Positions 25,413-37,479 of a DNA stretch of 64,000 bases are shown here, piece by piece. Within the stretch, counting starts at the first letter, position 1; each line of letters begins with the position of its first letter. The translations under genes and the position numbers were made by a program. Origin of the DNA: Eledone cirrhosa (taxonomy: Eukaryota); contig OZ024742.1 in assembly GCA_964016885.1 (NCBI GenBank), positions 205,096,001 to 205,160,000 of the forward strand, written 5' to 3'. The notes under the pieces were generated by a model. It saw nothing but the letters and a program-made list of their open reading frames with translations, was not told the DNA's origin and ran no database searches.

Positions 25413-25631
25413 GTAAGTTTTTACTTATTCCATTCTTTCATAATTTTTGGATAATAATTATTAGTTTTTTGTTTTAAATAATTTAATCCTTTCATTAACG
25501 TATTTCAAATGAAAGATACTGGTTATAATTTCTGTGATGGAAGGTTTTTTAGGTAAATATAAACACTTAAAACCAAACAGCTTTGTATCAGGAGCAGTTT
25601 CAGGTGGTTTGATTTGAAAAGGGTTAAAGTA

Positions 25632-26392
25632 CAGGGTTGCTCAGTTCTTTGAGGACATTTGCATGAATTTAGTAAAAGACACATAAATCATGAAAGATTT
25701 TTTTTTTAGAAAAAATTGGCATGAATAATTTTGAGATTCATCTACTCAATGAATCCACCATTAGCATTGATGCCTACTTCAATATGAGGTCTGAAATATT
25801 GACATGCCCGAATCAGATGATATTTATCTATTTTAGACATTGTGCTAATTATGGCAGACTTCAGAGAACTTATAGTGTTATAGGGTGTTGAGTGATTTCC
25901 CTCTCAACTATGCCCCATACACAGTAGTCCAATGGATTCAGATCTGGAGACGCAGGAGGCCATATGCTTAGGGTGACATGATTGTAAATCATCCATTCTT
26001 GGGTCATCTTGACTTTATGAGATTGTGCTGACTTGTTGGTAGGTGTACGGTCTTCCTTTGTTCACACTTTCTATCCTAGGCATCACAACCCTTTCCAACA
26101 CTTTAAGTCAGCAGAATTGACTCGTAAACCCTGAGGAATGAAGTGAGGAGGCCTGATATCTCCCTCATTGCTCATGACTCCTAGTTGCTGGAAATATTGC
26201 ATGCATGACATTGGTATGTATTTAGGATCTCTGCACAACCATCTGTCGTTCTATCGATTATAGTATGCCTTTTCATTTGCCGAGTTAACTTGATATATGT
26301 CATCATTTATCTGAAAAGAAATGATAATTAGAAGTTAGAAAAAATAATTAGAGCTATTAAAAGACGCGTCCTCAAAGAACTAAGCAACCCTG
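25632..26392 (-). mobile_element. Deleted Tc1/mariner-superfamily element (maT-like) in intron 7
   Basis: 25-bp TIRs CAGGGTTGCT(C/T)AGTTCTTTGAGGAC with TA flanks; minus strand reads IWPPASPDLNPLDYCVWGI. Confidence 0.88.
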
Positions 26393-26462
26393 TAGGTACC
26401 AAAGAATCATTAATTATCAAACTGTCTTTGTTTGATTTCTAAACTTGTAATTCCCTCTCTAG

Positions 26463-26557
26463 GTTAGTGGCACCATTCTTGACTTAAGTGGTCGTACTTT
26501 ATCAGGACAAACAACTGAAGCTTTCATGATCAGTGTTTCTCACACTAATCCAATGTG
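26463..26557 (+). CDS. MTR: MTR exon 8: [32 protein letters not shown]
   Basis: ctctag/gtaaga, 95 nt. Confidence 0.95.
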
Positions 26558-27267
26558 GTAAGATTGCCAACTTCATCTTTATTTTACTTCTTATAGCATT
26601 ACCTGTTGCAGTTTTCCAACACATTTCTTCCTACCCCACCCTCTTTCTTAGACCTTACCTCTTCCAGCTACAGCTATATATTTGTTGATATTTGTGCTGA
26701 AAATATCACAGGTTCATATACCTGGTTCACAGTACTTTTCTACATCCTCCACTCTTAGCACCATCACTCTTATAGATAGACATGTGTAGGTCGTTTTAAC
26801 CAATTCTTCTCTGTCTAGAACATGGATGGCGCATTAGATGTTGATATTAAGCCACAGATAAACCCTGTTCAAACTCATGATTTGCTCTTGTTATTTAGTC
26901 ACAGATAATCCCTGATTAAACTCATGATTTGCTGTTGTTATTTAGCCACAGATAAACCTTGATCAAGCAGGCCCATGATCAAAGATATTCCAGTTGTGAT
27001 CAGCACCAAATTTAGACATAATCTAAACAGGCCACTGCCTAGTACTTTACAATCCATAGGGAACTCAAAATAAAAAAAAACATACATCCAGTGAAATGTA
27101 TTCTTATTGACAGCCAGATAAACTGAGGCAGTGATGTTTTTATCAACACAATTTTTCTGCACATAGTCCATTACTTTTTTTATTTGAACATTTACTTATG
27201 GAGCTTCTAGGCATTTCTTCGATTTATAGAAATAGCAAACAAATTCTCTAAAGTCACATCCTACTAG

Positions 27268-27886
27268 CTATATATAGCTATGGGGCGACCACACTTAGAA
27301 TTTGCATCACCAGTATGGAACCCCTATCTTGCTCAGAACATTCACCTCTTGGAAACTGTTCAGAGACATGCAACCAGGCGAATACCCTCCATTAGGCATC
27401 TACCATACTCTGAACGCCTTGCTTCCCTGGGCATGAATACATTGAAGCTCCGACGTCTGGCAACTGACTTGGTAAACACCCACAAAATTATTAACCATCT
27501 TGCCAACAACAACCTTGAGCACCTTTTTGATTTCCATGTATCTAACACACGTAGACATCCCTACAAAGTCAGAAAGCAGCACAGCTCCCATGACTTTTGG
27601 AAATATTTTTTCACGCTCAGAGTTACTGAAGCATGGAACAAACTACCTGCATCAGTTGTTAGCTGTCAACACACTGCATCCTTTAAAACCTCCATGCTTC
27701 CTGAAATTCGCCAACACTACACCTGATGTCATCCATCCATACACACGCACACATGTATTTCATGACTCGTACACTATTCATTTTCCTGACATTTGAACAT
27801 TATTCTATGTACTATACATGCACTTTTGATGAGTTGTAGTGCACCTGAGCACTGTACACAATAATTTCCTTATTATTATTATTATT
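27268..27886 (+). mobile_element. CR1-clade LINE 3' fragment
   Basis: RPHLEFASPVWNPY...FFTLRVTEAWNKLP; (ATT)n tail. Confidence 0.92.
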
Positions 27887-28509
27887 TAAAACAGTCGTAT
27901 TTCACCTTGCAAAATTTCTCATGGAGGCCTTGCTTACCTTTATAAATTGAGGGAAGGACACATTGGATAATGAAATCCTATATACTCCTAAAAAACGGGA
28001 TGGCCGGGGCTAGATTATCTTTCATCATAAATTTGTTTGATCAGGGGTGACCTGAAGCTAAACAACACTCCCATAAATTTGTCTATGGAGGTTAGAGGAA
28101 TTTAGAAGTAGTTATAGGGTAAGAGTTATCCCCCTTTATAACATAGTTCTAAGCCTTTGGTAGACAGTATATATATGGATGTAAACTGATAATAATGATG
28201 ATGGTGGCGCTGGGTGGGGTTGTTGTTGGTGGTGGTGGTTTTAATGGTGATAGGGATGTTAGTGGTTGTGGTAATATTGATAGTGGTTGTGATGGGGGTG
28301 TTAGTGGTGTGTGTATTGCAGTAAGATGTAACAAAAAAAAAAAATAGGTGCATTATTATCATCATCGATGATACCTTTGTTTCAATCCAGATTGGTTGTT
28401 GGTTGCTTCCCTTTACTTCATAAAAAAACAAAAATGTTTTAATCCCTCCCAATATTTGTTTCATTGATGTTTGTATTATGTTACTGTTTTATTTTATTGT
28501 GCTTATCCA

Positions 28510-29090
28510 TGCCTACTATATCCAATGTAATATTTACTATATCCACATGTTTATCAACTATATCCACATGTTTATCTATTATATCCACATGTTTATCTAC
28601 TATATCCACATGTGATATCTACTATATCCACATGTGATATCTACTATATCCACATGTATATCTACTATATCCACATGTAATATCTGCTATATCCACATGT
28701 GTATCTGCTATACCCATGTGTATCTGTTATATCCACATGTGTATCTAGTATATCCACATGTAATATCTGTTATATCCACGTCTCTTTAGTATACCCACAT
28801 GTGTATCCACATGTAATATCTGCTGTATAACCAATTGTCTAATTGTATATCCACATGACTATCTGCTACATCCACATGTAATATCTGTTATATCCACATG
28901 TAATATCTTGTATATCCACATGTGTATCTAGTATATTCACGTGTAATATCCACATGTATATCTGCTATGTCCACATGTCTGTCTAGTATTATAACCACAT
29001 GTCTATCTACTATATCCATGTGTATCTGTTATATCTATGTGTATCTACTGTATCCACATGTATATCTCCTATATCCATGTGTATCCAGTA
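28510..29090. repeat. Minisatellite of about 21 nt (tatccacatgtgtatctacta) upstream of exon 9
   Basis: More than 20 degenerate tandem units. Confidence 0.9.
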
Positions 29091-29290
29091 TAAAATAGTT
29101 ACACCATATCACTGTATGTTGTAAGAGGCAACTAAAAAGGTTGGTACCAGGTAGGGCATCCAACTGAAAAACATTGCCTCAAAATAAAGTATAAAAATCA
29201 GTATAAATCTTGTGATGGGGCCAGCAAGACTATTCCCTTAAAACACTTGTGTATTGTATTATTTTATTGTAATTTTTTCTTTCATCCTAG

Positions 29291-29391
29291 TTTAGGTTTA
29301 AATTGTTCCCAGGGGGCTGAGCTGATGAGACCTTACATTGAAATTATTTCCCAAAACTCAGAAGCATTTGTTATCTGTTACCCAAATGCAG
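29291..29391 (+). CDS. MTR: MTR exon 9: LGLNCSQGAELMRPYIEIISQNSEAFVICYPNAG
   Basis: tcctag/gtaagt, 101 nt; contains the first Zn-ligand Cys. Confidence 0.95.
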
Positions 29392-29441
29392 GTAAGTCTT
29401 TTACTCTTTTACCTTTCTATGGCACCACCCTGTTGTTAAAA

Positions 29442-30052
29442 CATATATAAAGTTCCTGTCTGTTTGTTTGTTTGTTCACAAACTCCTCCTATGGTTTTGG
29501 AAATAGACACCCATAACCATATATATTTTGAAACTACATTGCCCAGGATACTTGGATAAGTATATTTAATTTTAATCAAAGGGTTCTCCTGGGGCACAAA
29601 CCCCTGCTGAAAATGTTTTCCTTTCGACTTATATGAAATTTAAACCTTAGGTAAATGACAAGATATGATGCCTATTCATATGATGCATATTTCAGCAAAT
29701 TTCAATAATAAGATACCCTAATGGGGGTTAAACCCCCCTATAGTGAAAGTTTTGGAAGCCCATAACTTGAGTATTGGAACCTCTATTATCATGGGGTTTT
29801 TCTATTAATTAAATATAAATCAACAAAAAAAGCACCTCTCTTTTATAGGAAAAATGGGCTAATTTCGATATTTTATCTATGGAAAAATATCACTAGAATT
29901 ATGGCAACAAAAATTATTAGTTAATGCTTCTACTTTTTTAACATTTTCCCTTTATTTTTTCTCCATAAATTATATCACTGATTTAAAATCAATCATCATT
30001 TTCTTACAAAAAAAATGTGTGTAACACAGCAAGGCACAGGTAATTCGGCTAG
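29442..30052 (+). mobile_element. Possible non-autonomous Helitron
   Basis: Typical 5' tatataaag..ctgtttgtttg; degenerate 3' hairpin followed by CTAG|T. Confidence 0.45.
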
Positions 30053-30399
30053 TTTACTATAAATCTTAAAAAGGATACAAGCAGCAGATAACATACATTA
30101 AAATATTCACAACTCTAGCACAAATGTAAGTGGCAAATAACATCATCTGTTAAAAAATACACAACTCCAGCACATATATGATTTTGACAATGAAACTTTG
30201 ATAAGCTTCTCATAGCTGAAATTGGTCAATACAAAAAACAAACATGATTTATTTTTCCCACTTTGTGTAAAAAACTAATTCATTTTGTGGAACAAATTAC
30301 TTTTTGTTGTATACTGTAAATTTGCATGTATATATAAAAATGTATTACATGCATCTTCAACTCTTAACATTATATATATATATATTTATATATATATAT

Positions 30400-31613
30400 A
30401 TCATCATCATCATCATCATCATTTTACGTCTGCTTTTCCCTGCTTGCAAGGGTGGGACGGGTCTTATTCAGCACAGTATCTCTCCACTCGTCACGGTCCT
30501 TCGTCATCTCCACCGTGAGCTTCAATGATCTGAGGTCTGTTCTCACCACCTCCGCCCATGTTTTTCGTGGTCTACCTCTACCACGTCTTCCTTCAACTGG
30601 CATTTCCTGACCCATCGGTCATCCTCCATGCGCATCACATGTCCATACCACCTCAGCCTCCTCTCCCGTACACTACATTCTATCCCTCTCAGACAGTTTC
30701 TCTCTCAACACATTTATGCTGGGTCATTCACGCACATTTACACTGCACATCCAACGGAGCATGCTTGCCTCATTTCTCTCAAGCCGTCGCATATCCTCTG
30801 CAGTTGCTGCCCATGTCTCACTACCATGCAGCATCGCGCTCCTCACACAGGCATCATACAACCGGCCTTTCGTACGCAGGGAGAAACCCTTCTTCGTCAA
30901 CAGAGGAAGCAGCTCCCTAAACTTCTTCCAACCCATCCTTATTCTAGATACTATGGCCTCAGAACACCCTCCTCCCATGCTAATCTGATCTCCTAGGTAC
31001 CGGAAGCTATCCACCACTTCTATAGCGCCCTCCTGCATTTGAAAAATGTGTCTATCAATGCAACTTCTACTGTCTAATTTTCCTGTACATCTACTGCATA
31101 CATATTTCTCCCTACCTGTTAGTTTGCCTGCTATCCCGCTGCATCTCTTGTGTACCCAGGATCTGCATTGTGTGCATTTTATAGAATTTATGCCAGTTCC
31201 TTTTCTGCATATCAAACATGGCCATTTCCCTGACGGAATCAGGGTTTTGTCCTCTTTTCTACTCATCAAGACTTTTGTCTTAGCTAGATTCACTCTCAGT
31301 CCTCTTGCTTCCAACTGCTGTTTCCATAGCCAGAATTTATTCTCTAGCTCCTCTACTGATTCTGCTATAAGAACCAGATCGTCAGTATAGAGAAGTTCCC
31401 ATGGACAGCCAGTCTTAAACTCCTCTGTTATGGCTTGGAGGACTATAATGAACAAGAGCAGGCTGAGGACCGAACCCTGATGTACTCCTACTTGTATCTG
31501 GAATTCCTCACTAAACTCCATTCCTACCCTGACTTTACTGAGAGTACCTCTGTACAAAGTTTGCACTGTCCTCACAAGCCATTCCTCAACACCTAGCTTC
31601 CTTAGGGACCACC

Positions 31614-31617
<4 letters not shown>
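30400..31617 (-). mobile_element. RTE-1 LINE, 5'-truncated, near-identical to 14080-15282
   Basis: ORF 30724-31728 matches the RTE-1 protein; (GAT)n tail; (TA)n on both sides. Confidence 0.95.
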
Positions 31618-31647
<30 letters not shown>

Positions 31648-32199
31648 CAACTGATATATATATATATATATATATATATAATACAACTGGCTTTTCCACA
31701 TAATACATATTGTTAGCACCCCAAACACTTAAATTGGGTTTATATTAAAATATAACCTAATGTTTGTTGAGTGAGATGGTTACCAGTCAGAGTTTAGCTT
31801 TAAACTATCTCTGTTATTGTATTAAATATTTTACTCTTGATTGGCCAGAGGTGTTTATTTCCAGGTACCTTATAAATTTGACTTTCCGTATTTATTACTG
31901 TTGTGCGATATTGTGGTTTTTATTGGTTGTAACTTCTCTGTTTTTTAGCCTAAGAAAATATATATATGCCTATGTATATAATTACATGCATACATTTATT
32001 TTTTTAAAATTAATTGAGTTCTTTACACGAGGAATTGATATTAGTTTTGAAATAACTAATTAACCCGCGTGTGTTTTATATTTTACTCTTAATTCGGCCG
32101 GAGATTTACATTCCCATTTGCCCTTTAAAGCATAAATTTCCGTATTTACTATGGTTACGAGATGCGGTTTCTTATTCAGGTACAACCTCTGATTTTAAA

Positions 32200-35100
32200 A
32201 TCAATGATCATCTCCACACATCTTTTCACAGCAAAATCAATGTTAATGGATGGGTACAGTGACACCACATCCATGCTGCCTATTATGTAGTTGGATAGGT
32301 TCCTGTTTTTGTTGCACTCACTGATTCTGCTGAGGAGGTCCTCTGTACTGTTACATACATCTGGGGACATCTTCATTATGGGGCGTATAACCATTGAGAG
32401 AAAGTAGGAGATCCTGTAGTTACTAGCTATATTAGCTCCACATACGGGTCTTGTTGGTGGTCCTGTTGTCGGGTCATCGACTGTCTTGTGGTCTTTGCGG
32501 AGCCCATACAAGGGTGGTATGCCATTGTTAGACACCTGGAAGTTGTTGGCAGTGTGTCTGCTTGGCTTTAGGATGTCAGTCCACATCATCATGTGAGCGT
32601 TGAGGATTTTCTCTCTCCCATCGTGTGTTTGTTGTGCAATTTCGCTCGTGTTGGTGATGTGGGGTTGCATAGCCTTGATATAGTTCGGCATGCTATCTAT
32701 TGACATCCTACCAGATTTATCCGTGGGTAGACATACTACCTCACTATCCCTTGTGCGCTGCTTGAGGCTAACCAAGCCTTCTACAGGTTTCCTCCCAAGT
32801 TGTTGGGCCTCTGGTCTGCTCTGTCTCTTAGTATACCTGTCTACTATTTGTCTAATCTTATTTCTAGCTATGGTGAACTGTGCCTCGGTCTCGTCATCTA
32901 TTTGTTGTGGTATGCAAACTCTTTTATTAAAGGGTAACCTCGTAGGATAGATATTATCCATCTTATATGTTTTGTCAGCTGGGTTGAAAAATGGTTTCTC
33001 TAAGGGCTTGTCATTATATCTATCGTCATAGTTGTGTGTGTTGCTATTATTGTTATCATGGTGGTTGTTGTTGTTTCTATCATTAGCATTATTATTATTG
33101 TTATGATTGCTAGATGTATTGTTGTTTACTTCACCGTTATTGTTGTTGTTACTGTTATTTCTACCATTGTGGTTGTTACTTTTATTATGTTTCTTGTTTT
33201 TGTTGTGTCTATCATTGATGTTGCCACATGTACTATTTCCATTATTGCCACTGTGGTTATTGTTGTTGTTGTTGTTCGTATTGTTACCGTTATTACTACT
33301 GTGGTCGCTGCTGCTGTGTCTGTGGTTAATGTTTCTATTATTATTATTATTATTGTGGTTGTTGTTGTTCTGTCTATCGTTAGTATTATTACCATTATTA
33401 CTATTTCTCACTTTCGAACAACAAGATGTATGTGACAGTACAGAGGACCTCCTCAGCAGAATCAGTGAGTGCAACAAAAACAGGAACCTATCCAACTGCA
33501 TAATAGGCAGCATGGATGTGGTGTCACTGTACCCATCCATTAACATTGATTTTGCTGTGAAAAGATGTGTGGAGATGATCATTGAGAGTGAGGTGGAGTT
33601 CTGCGACGTTGACACAGACGAACTGGGCCTCCTACTTAGACTTACCTACGACACTGACTACCTAGACAGCCATGACCTTAGACGTTTCTGCCCCAGTAGA
33701 CCTTTCAGAGGTAGACCCCCACCATAACCTCAATGGCAAAAAAGACTCCCATAGGAAGGTGGATTGGGTGGACCAAAACTATACAGACCCCCCAAAACAA
33801 TGATCAGGTAAGAAAAATGGTCGCACATGCAATAGGGGCTAGTATCAAAACTACCCTAAAGGGCCACATATTTAAGTTCAACGAGAAGACCTACACCCAA
33901 AATGAGGGAGCAGCCATTGGCGTCAGCATAGCTGGTGATGTTGCCAACCTTTTCATGGTATGGTGGGAAAGGAGACTTAAAGATCTCCTTAATGAGAGCT
34001 CCATAGACCTCATCATGTACTCTCGTTATGTAGACGATATCAATATAGTTATAAGAACATCCCCACTAGAAAGCACCAACAAGTTTGATTTAGAACGTAG
34101 CACGATGGAAAGCATCCAGCAGATAGCTAATTCGATACACCAGAGTATAACTGTAACTATCGACTTCCCTTCCAAACACCCTAACAATAGACTACCTGTA
34201 TTAGACACAGAACTCTGGATTAACACTATAGACGAGAGAGCCCAAATTCTCCACTCACACTATGCTAAACCCATGGCCTCCAAATACCTGATACTCAAAA
34301 ACTCAGCAATGTCCAGTAGTGCTAAGTTTAATATTCTGATAGCAGATTTGGTACGAGTGATGAAGAATGTGTCCCGCATGTGCGACCCAACAGAAATGGA
34401 AAGACACATCCAACACTTCATCAACCGCATGCAGTTCTCTGGCTACAACCAAAGAGACAGAGTTAGAGTATACGAAGGAGCCATGGAGAAGTATAAGACC
34501 CTCATAGAACTGGACATGAAAGGAATTTGCCCATTATACAGGAGCAAATCATGGAATAGCATAAGATAGGGAAAGCCACCTCATGGTACGACAACCAGAG
34601 ATACCAGAGTGTCATGTTTGTGGACGCTACCCCTAGAGGGAAATTAGCTAACCAGTGTAGAAAGGCCCTGAGAAAGACCCACTTAAAAATAAAGGTGGTA
34701 GAAAAGCCAGGAACCACCATAAAATCCCTGATCAGCAAAACCTACCCTTTTCAGAAAACCCACTGTACCAATAGGAAATGTATCATATGTAAGGTGAACC
34801 CCCGGATAAACTGTAAAACTAGAAACGTAGTCTATAGCATAAGATGTACAGAGGGTACTTGCAGAAACATGACAACAACATACATAGGTGAGACAGCTCG
34901 TAGCATAGGTGAAAGGATAGACCAACACTGGGCGGAACTAAAAGGACGAAAAAACGGGTCAGTACTATACGAACATGCTAGACAACAACATGACGGTAAC
35001 ATAGACAACATAGAAATTAGAATAATATCTAAACATAGAAATGACCCAGCAGATGGGCAAATCAGAGAGGCCAGTGAAATAGAAATTAGAAGACCAAGGC

Positions 35101-35695
35101 TAAACAGAAAGAATGAATGGAATAACAACAACACCCAAACAAACAACACTGACCTAAGAGAAGTATAAATAAGTAAATAAAATAAAATAAATAAATAAAT
35201 ACATACACAAACACAATAACAACAAGCACATAAACACATACTAGTCACCCATCACACAGCAAACAAAACACTACACACACGCAAACGCATGCGCAAAGAA
35301 GACAAAATAAAATAAACAAACAAGCAAATAAATAAATAAATATATAGACAGACTGAATAAAAATGGCGTAGACATATAATACAACAGGAGGAAACGATAA
35401 CACCACTGACGATGTTGCAGATGTGCAACGAAAGATTTATGATAAACTATATATATGTGTTTGTGTCTATATTGTATCTGTATTATTTTTGACCGTCGGT
35501 CAGTCAATGGCAACATTGAGGACCGAATTAGTTAGATTACCGATATAGAAGACACAGAAGCGAGAAGCGAAAACCAACCAAACAGTGAGTGTGTTCTGTT
35601 ATTAATTCTGGCAATATTACACAAATATGACCCTCCCCAAGTATAACAATATTTGTTTCGTCACACGATTTCATATAAAAAACCTCGCAAAACTA
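32200..35695. mobile_element. Penelope-like element PLE-1 (RT plus C-terminal GIY-YIG; Cx4Cx2C linker, Neptune/Nematis-like), 5' part inverted
   Basis: Minus 33419-32200: PTDKSG, PPLYGLRKDHK, PPTRPVCG, SMDVVSLYPSI. Plus 33424-35168: GAAIG, RYVDD, LPVLD, NVVYSIRC..YIGETARS..RIDQH, LNRKNE. 3' pLTR carries a hammerhead and ends in (TA)n. Confidence 0.9.
35402..35443 (+). ncRNA. Minimal hammerhead motif in PLE-1 3' repeat (partly degenerate)
   Basis: CTGACGA-T, stem II GTTGCA-gatg-TGCAAC, GAAA, imperfect palindrome AGATTT then A; stem I ACCA/TGAT with one mismatch. Confidence 0.65.
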
Positions 35696-35726
35696 TATAT
35701 ATATATATCTCGCTAATTTTTACTTG

Positions 35727-35820
<94 letters not shown>

Positions 35821-36079
35821 AGTAAAAATTAGCGAGAATCGAATTTAGCCTATAAAATAACGAAAAAACACTTTCGAATTGTAAGAGACTAGGGTGAAAC
35901 AAATACTAACTATAACCAATAGGGTTTGCCTGACTCAATTTAAAAGAATAAATCAAGAAAATAAATACAAACCGGTATGGGGTAACTACCAAACACCCTA
36001 TATAAATATAGAAGTGGGGTAACTACCAAACACTCTATATAAATATAGAAGTGGTTACACAACAGTTAGTTCACTGCAC

Positions 36080-36117
36080 CGAGAACAATTGTTTCACCTT
36101 AGCAGATCCTCAGCTCG
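36080..36117 (-). ncRNA. Minimal type I hammerhead (PLE-3, antisense to MTR)
   Basis: CGAG-CTGAGGA-TCT gcta AGG-T-GAA-ACAATTGT-T-CTCG: 4-bp stem I, palindromic stem III, GUU triplet. Confidence 0.75.
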
Positions 36118-36759
36118 TAATGGGCATGGTTATACTGAACAGGAGGGACAACCGTACGAACGCGCATGCGCAGAAACCCGTCACTTCACACAGGCAATAC
36201 TAAAATACGTGCGAGAGATGTAAGGGAGATAACTGCGAAAGTCCGAAAAGTTTTTAGTTGATAAAAAAAAATATTGATGTTGTTACAATAATTCATTCAA
36301 TCCGGAGCTTTGTAGTTATGCAATAGGTGTTTCGACACGTGTGGACAACGTGTGAAAAATTCATTTCTCGTGTTTAGGCAATCACTATTGCATAATCTCT
36401 TTAGAATATTTATTCGTTCATCAATACACAGTCCACACGGCGGATTTCCCCTTGCGTATGGCTTGGACTTAGTAATGGCTTTCCATTGAATTGAGTAGTC
36501 TATACTTGAGTCCTTGAGGGACCATACGTGGCTCACGACTTTCGAAACACCTATTGCATAACTACAAAGCTCCGGATTGAATGAATTATTGTAACAACAT
36601 CAATATTTTTTCTTATCACCTAGAAACTTTTCGGACTTTCGCAGTTATCTCCCTTACACCTCTCGCACGTATTTTAGTATTGCCTGTGTGAAGTGACGGG
36701 TTTCTGCGCATGAGCGTTCGTATGGTTGTCCTTCCTGTTCCATATAACCATGCCCATTA

Positions 36760-36797
36760 CGAGCTGAGGATCCGCTAAGGTGAAACATTTGTTCTCG
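36760..36797 (+). ncRNA. Minimal type I hammerhead (PLE-3, sense to MTR)
   Basis: CGAG-CTGAGGA-TCC gcta AGG-T-GAA-ACATTTGT-T-CTCG; two substitutions relative to the minus copy. Confidence 0.7.
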
Positions 36798-36914
36798 GTG
36801 TGGTGAACTAACTGTTGTGTAACCACTTCTACCTAACTCGTCCCATGGACTGAGTGCTCTACCACTACAGATATTACCTTCCAGTGTTCTACCACTATAT
36901 ATATAGATATATTC

Positions 36915-37231
36915 CATTTTATGTCCGTTTTTTCTCTGCCTGCAAGGGTGGGACGGGAACTGATTCTGGCTTGATTTCTACAGCTGGATGCCCTTCCTAA
37001 CACCAACCTCATTTACAGTGATTGCTGGGTGCTTTTTTGCCGTGGCACCTCCACGACCACTTTACAGTGGTATGATAGGGACCCCAGTCCCTATCATCTC
37101 ATTTCTACAGGTGGAGCAATGTGAAATAAAGTGTCTTGCTCAAGGAAACAACACATCATCCAGTCTGAGAATTGAACTCACAACCTTTCGATTGTAAGGC
37201 CAATGCTCTAACCACTAAGCCATGTGCCTCC
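36915..37231 (-). mobile_element. tRNA-derived SINE family 2 with RTE-1 3' tail
   Basis: Head TGGCTTAGTGG and GAGTTCAATTC, CORE-like ccttgagcaagacacttta, aggaagggcatccagctgt, tail cccgtcccacccttgca. Confidence 0.85.
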
Positions 37232-37251
37232 ATATATATATAAATATATAA

Positions 37252-37463
37252 AGACCCTCTTCGGTCACAAATGACCATGGGATTTGCACCTAGAAAGTTT
37301 TCCTCCCAGGCACAAGTCCAGGCAAGGTTGTTTGTGGAAGACCAGCAGTCGCCCATGCATACCAGCCTCCTCTCTCCACGCCACCGATGTTACCAATGGC
37401 CGATACAGCTTGACACCAATGACGTCGCAGCTCATTTCTACAGCTGAGCAGTTTACTCAGCTA
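37252..37463 (-). mobile_element. SINE family 3 body (also at 42096-42730, where a family 2 copy interrupts it)
   Basis: aatgaccatgggattt...gcaaggttgtttgtgga..ccatgcataccag is shared between the two loci. Confidence 0.65.
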
Positions 37464-37479
37464 TAAACCGCCCCTTTCA

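Larger units (their letters stand above)
35820..36897. mobile_element. Penelope-like element PLE-3: head-to-head 3' fragments with GIY-YIG C-terminus
   Basis: Inverted arms about 36046-36334 and 36542-36831; minus ORF 36297-36536 SHVWSLKD...WKAI..SKPY...CGLCIDER..LNTRNEFFTRCPH. Confidence 0.85.

Noticed and set aside
32176-33615. 479-aa ORF as a standalone gene
   Set aside because: Chimeric read-through: its first about 65 aa are antisense of the other PLE-1 half; the rest is PLE RT.
33034-33727. Poly-Leu/Val membrane-like ORFs
   Set aside because: Antisense of the Asn-rich tract.
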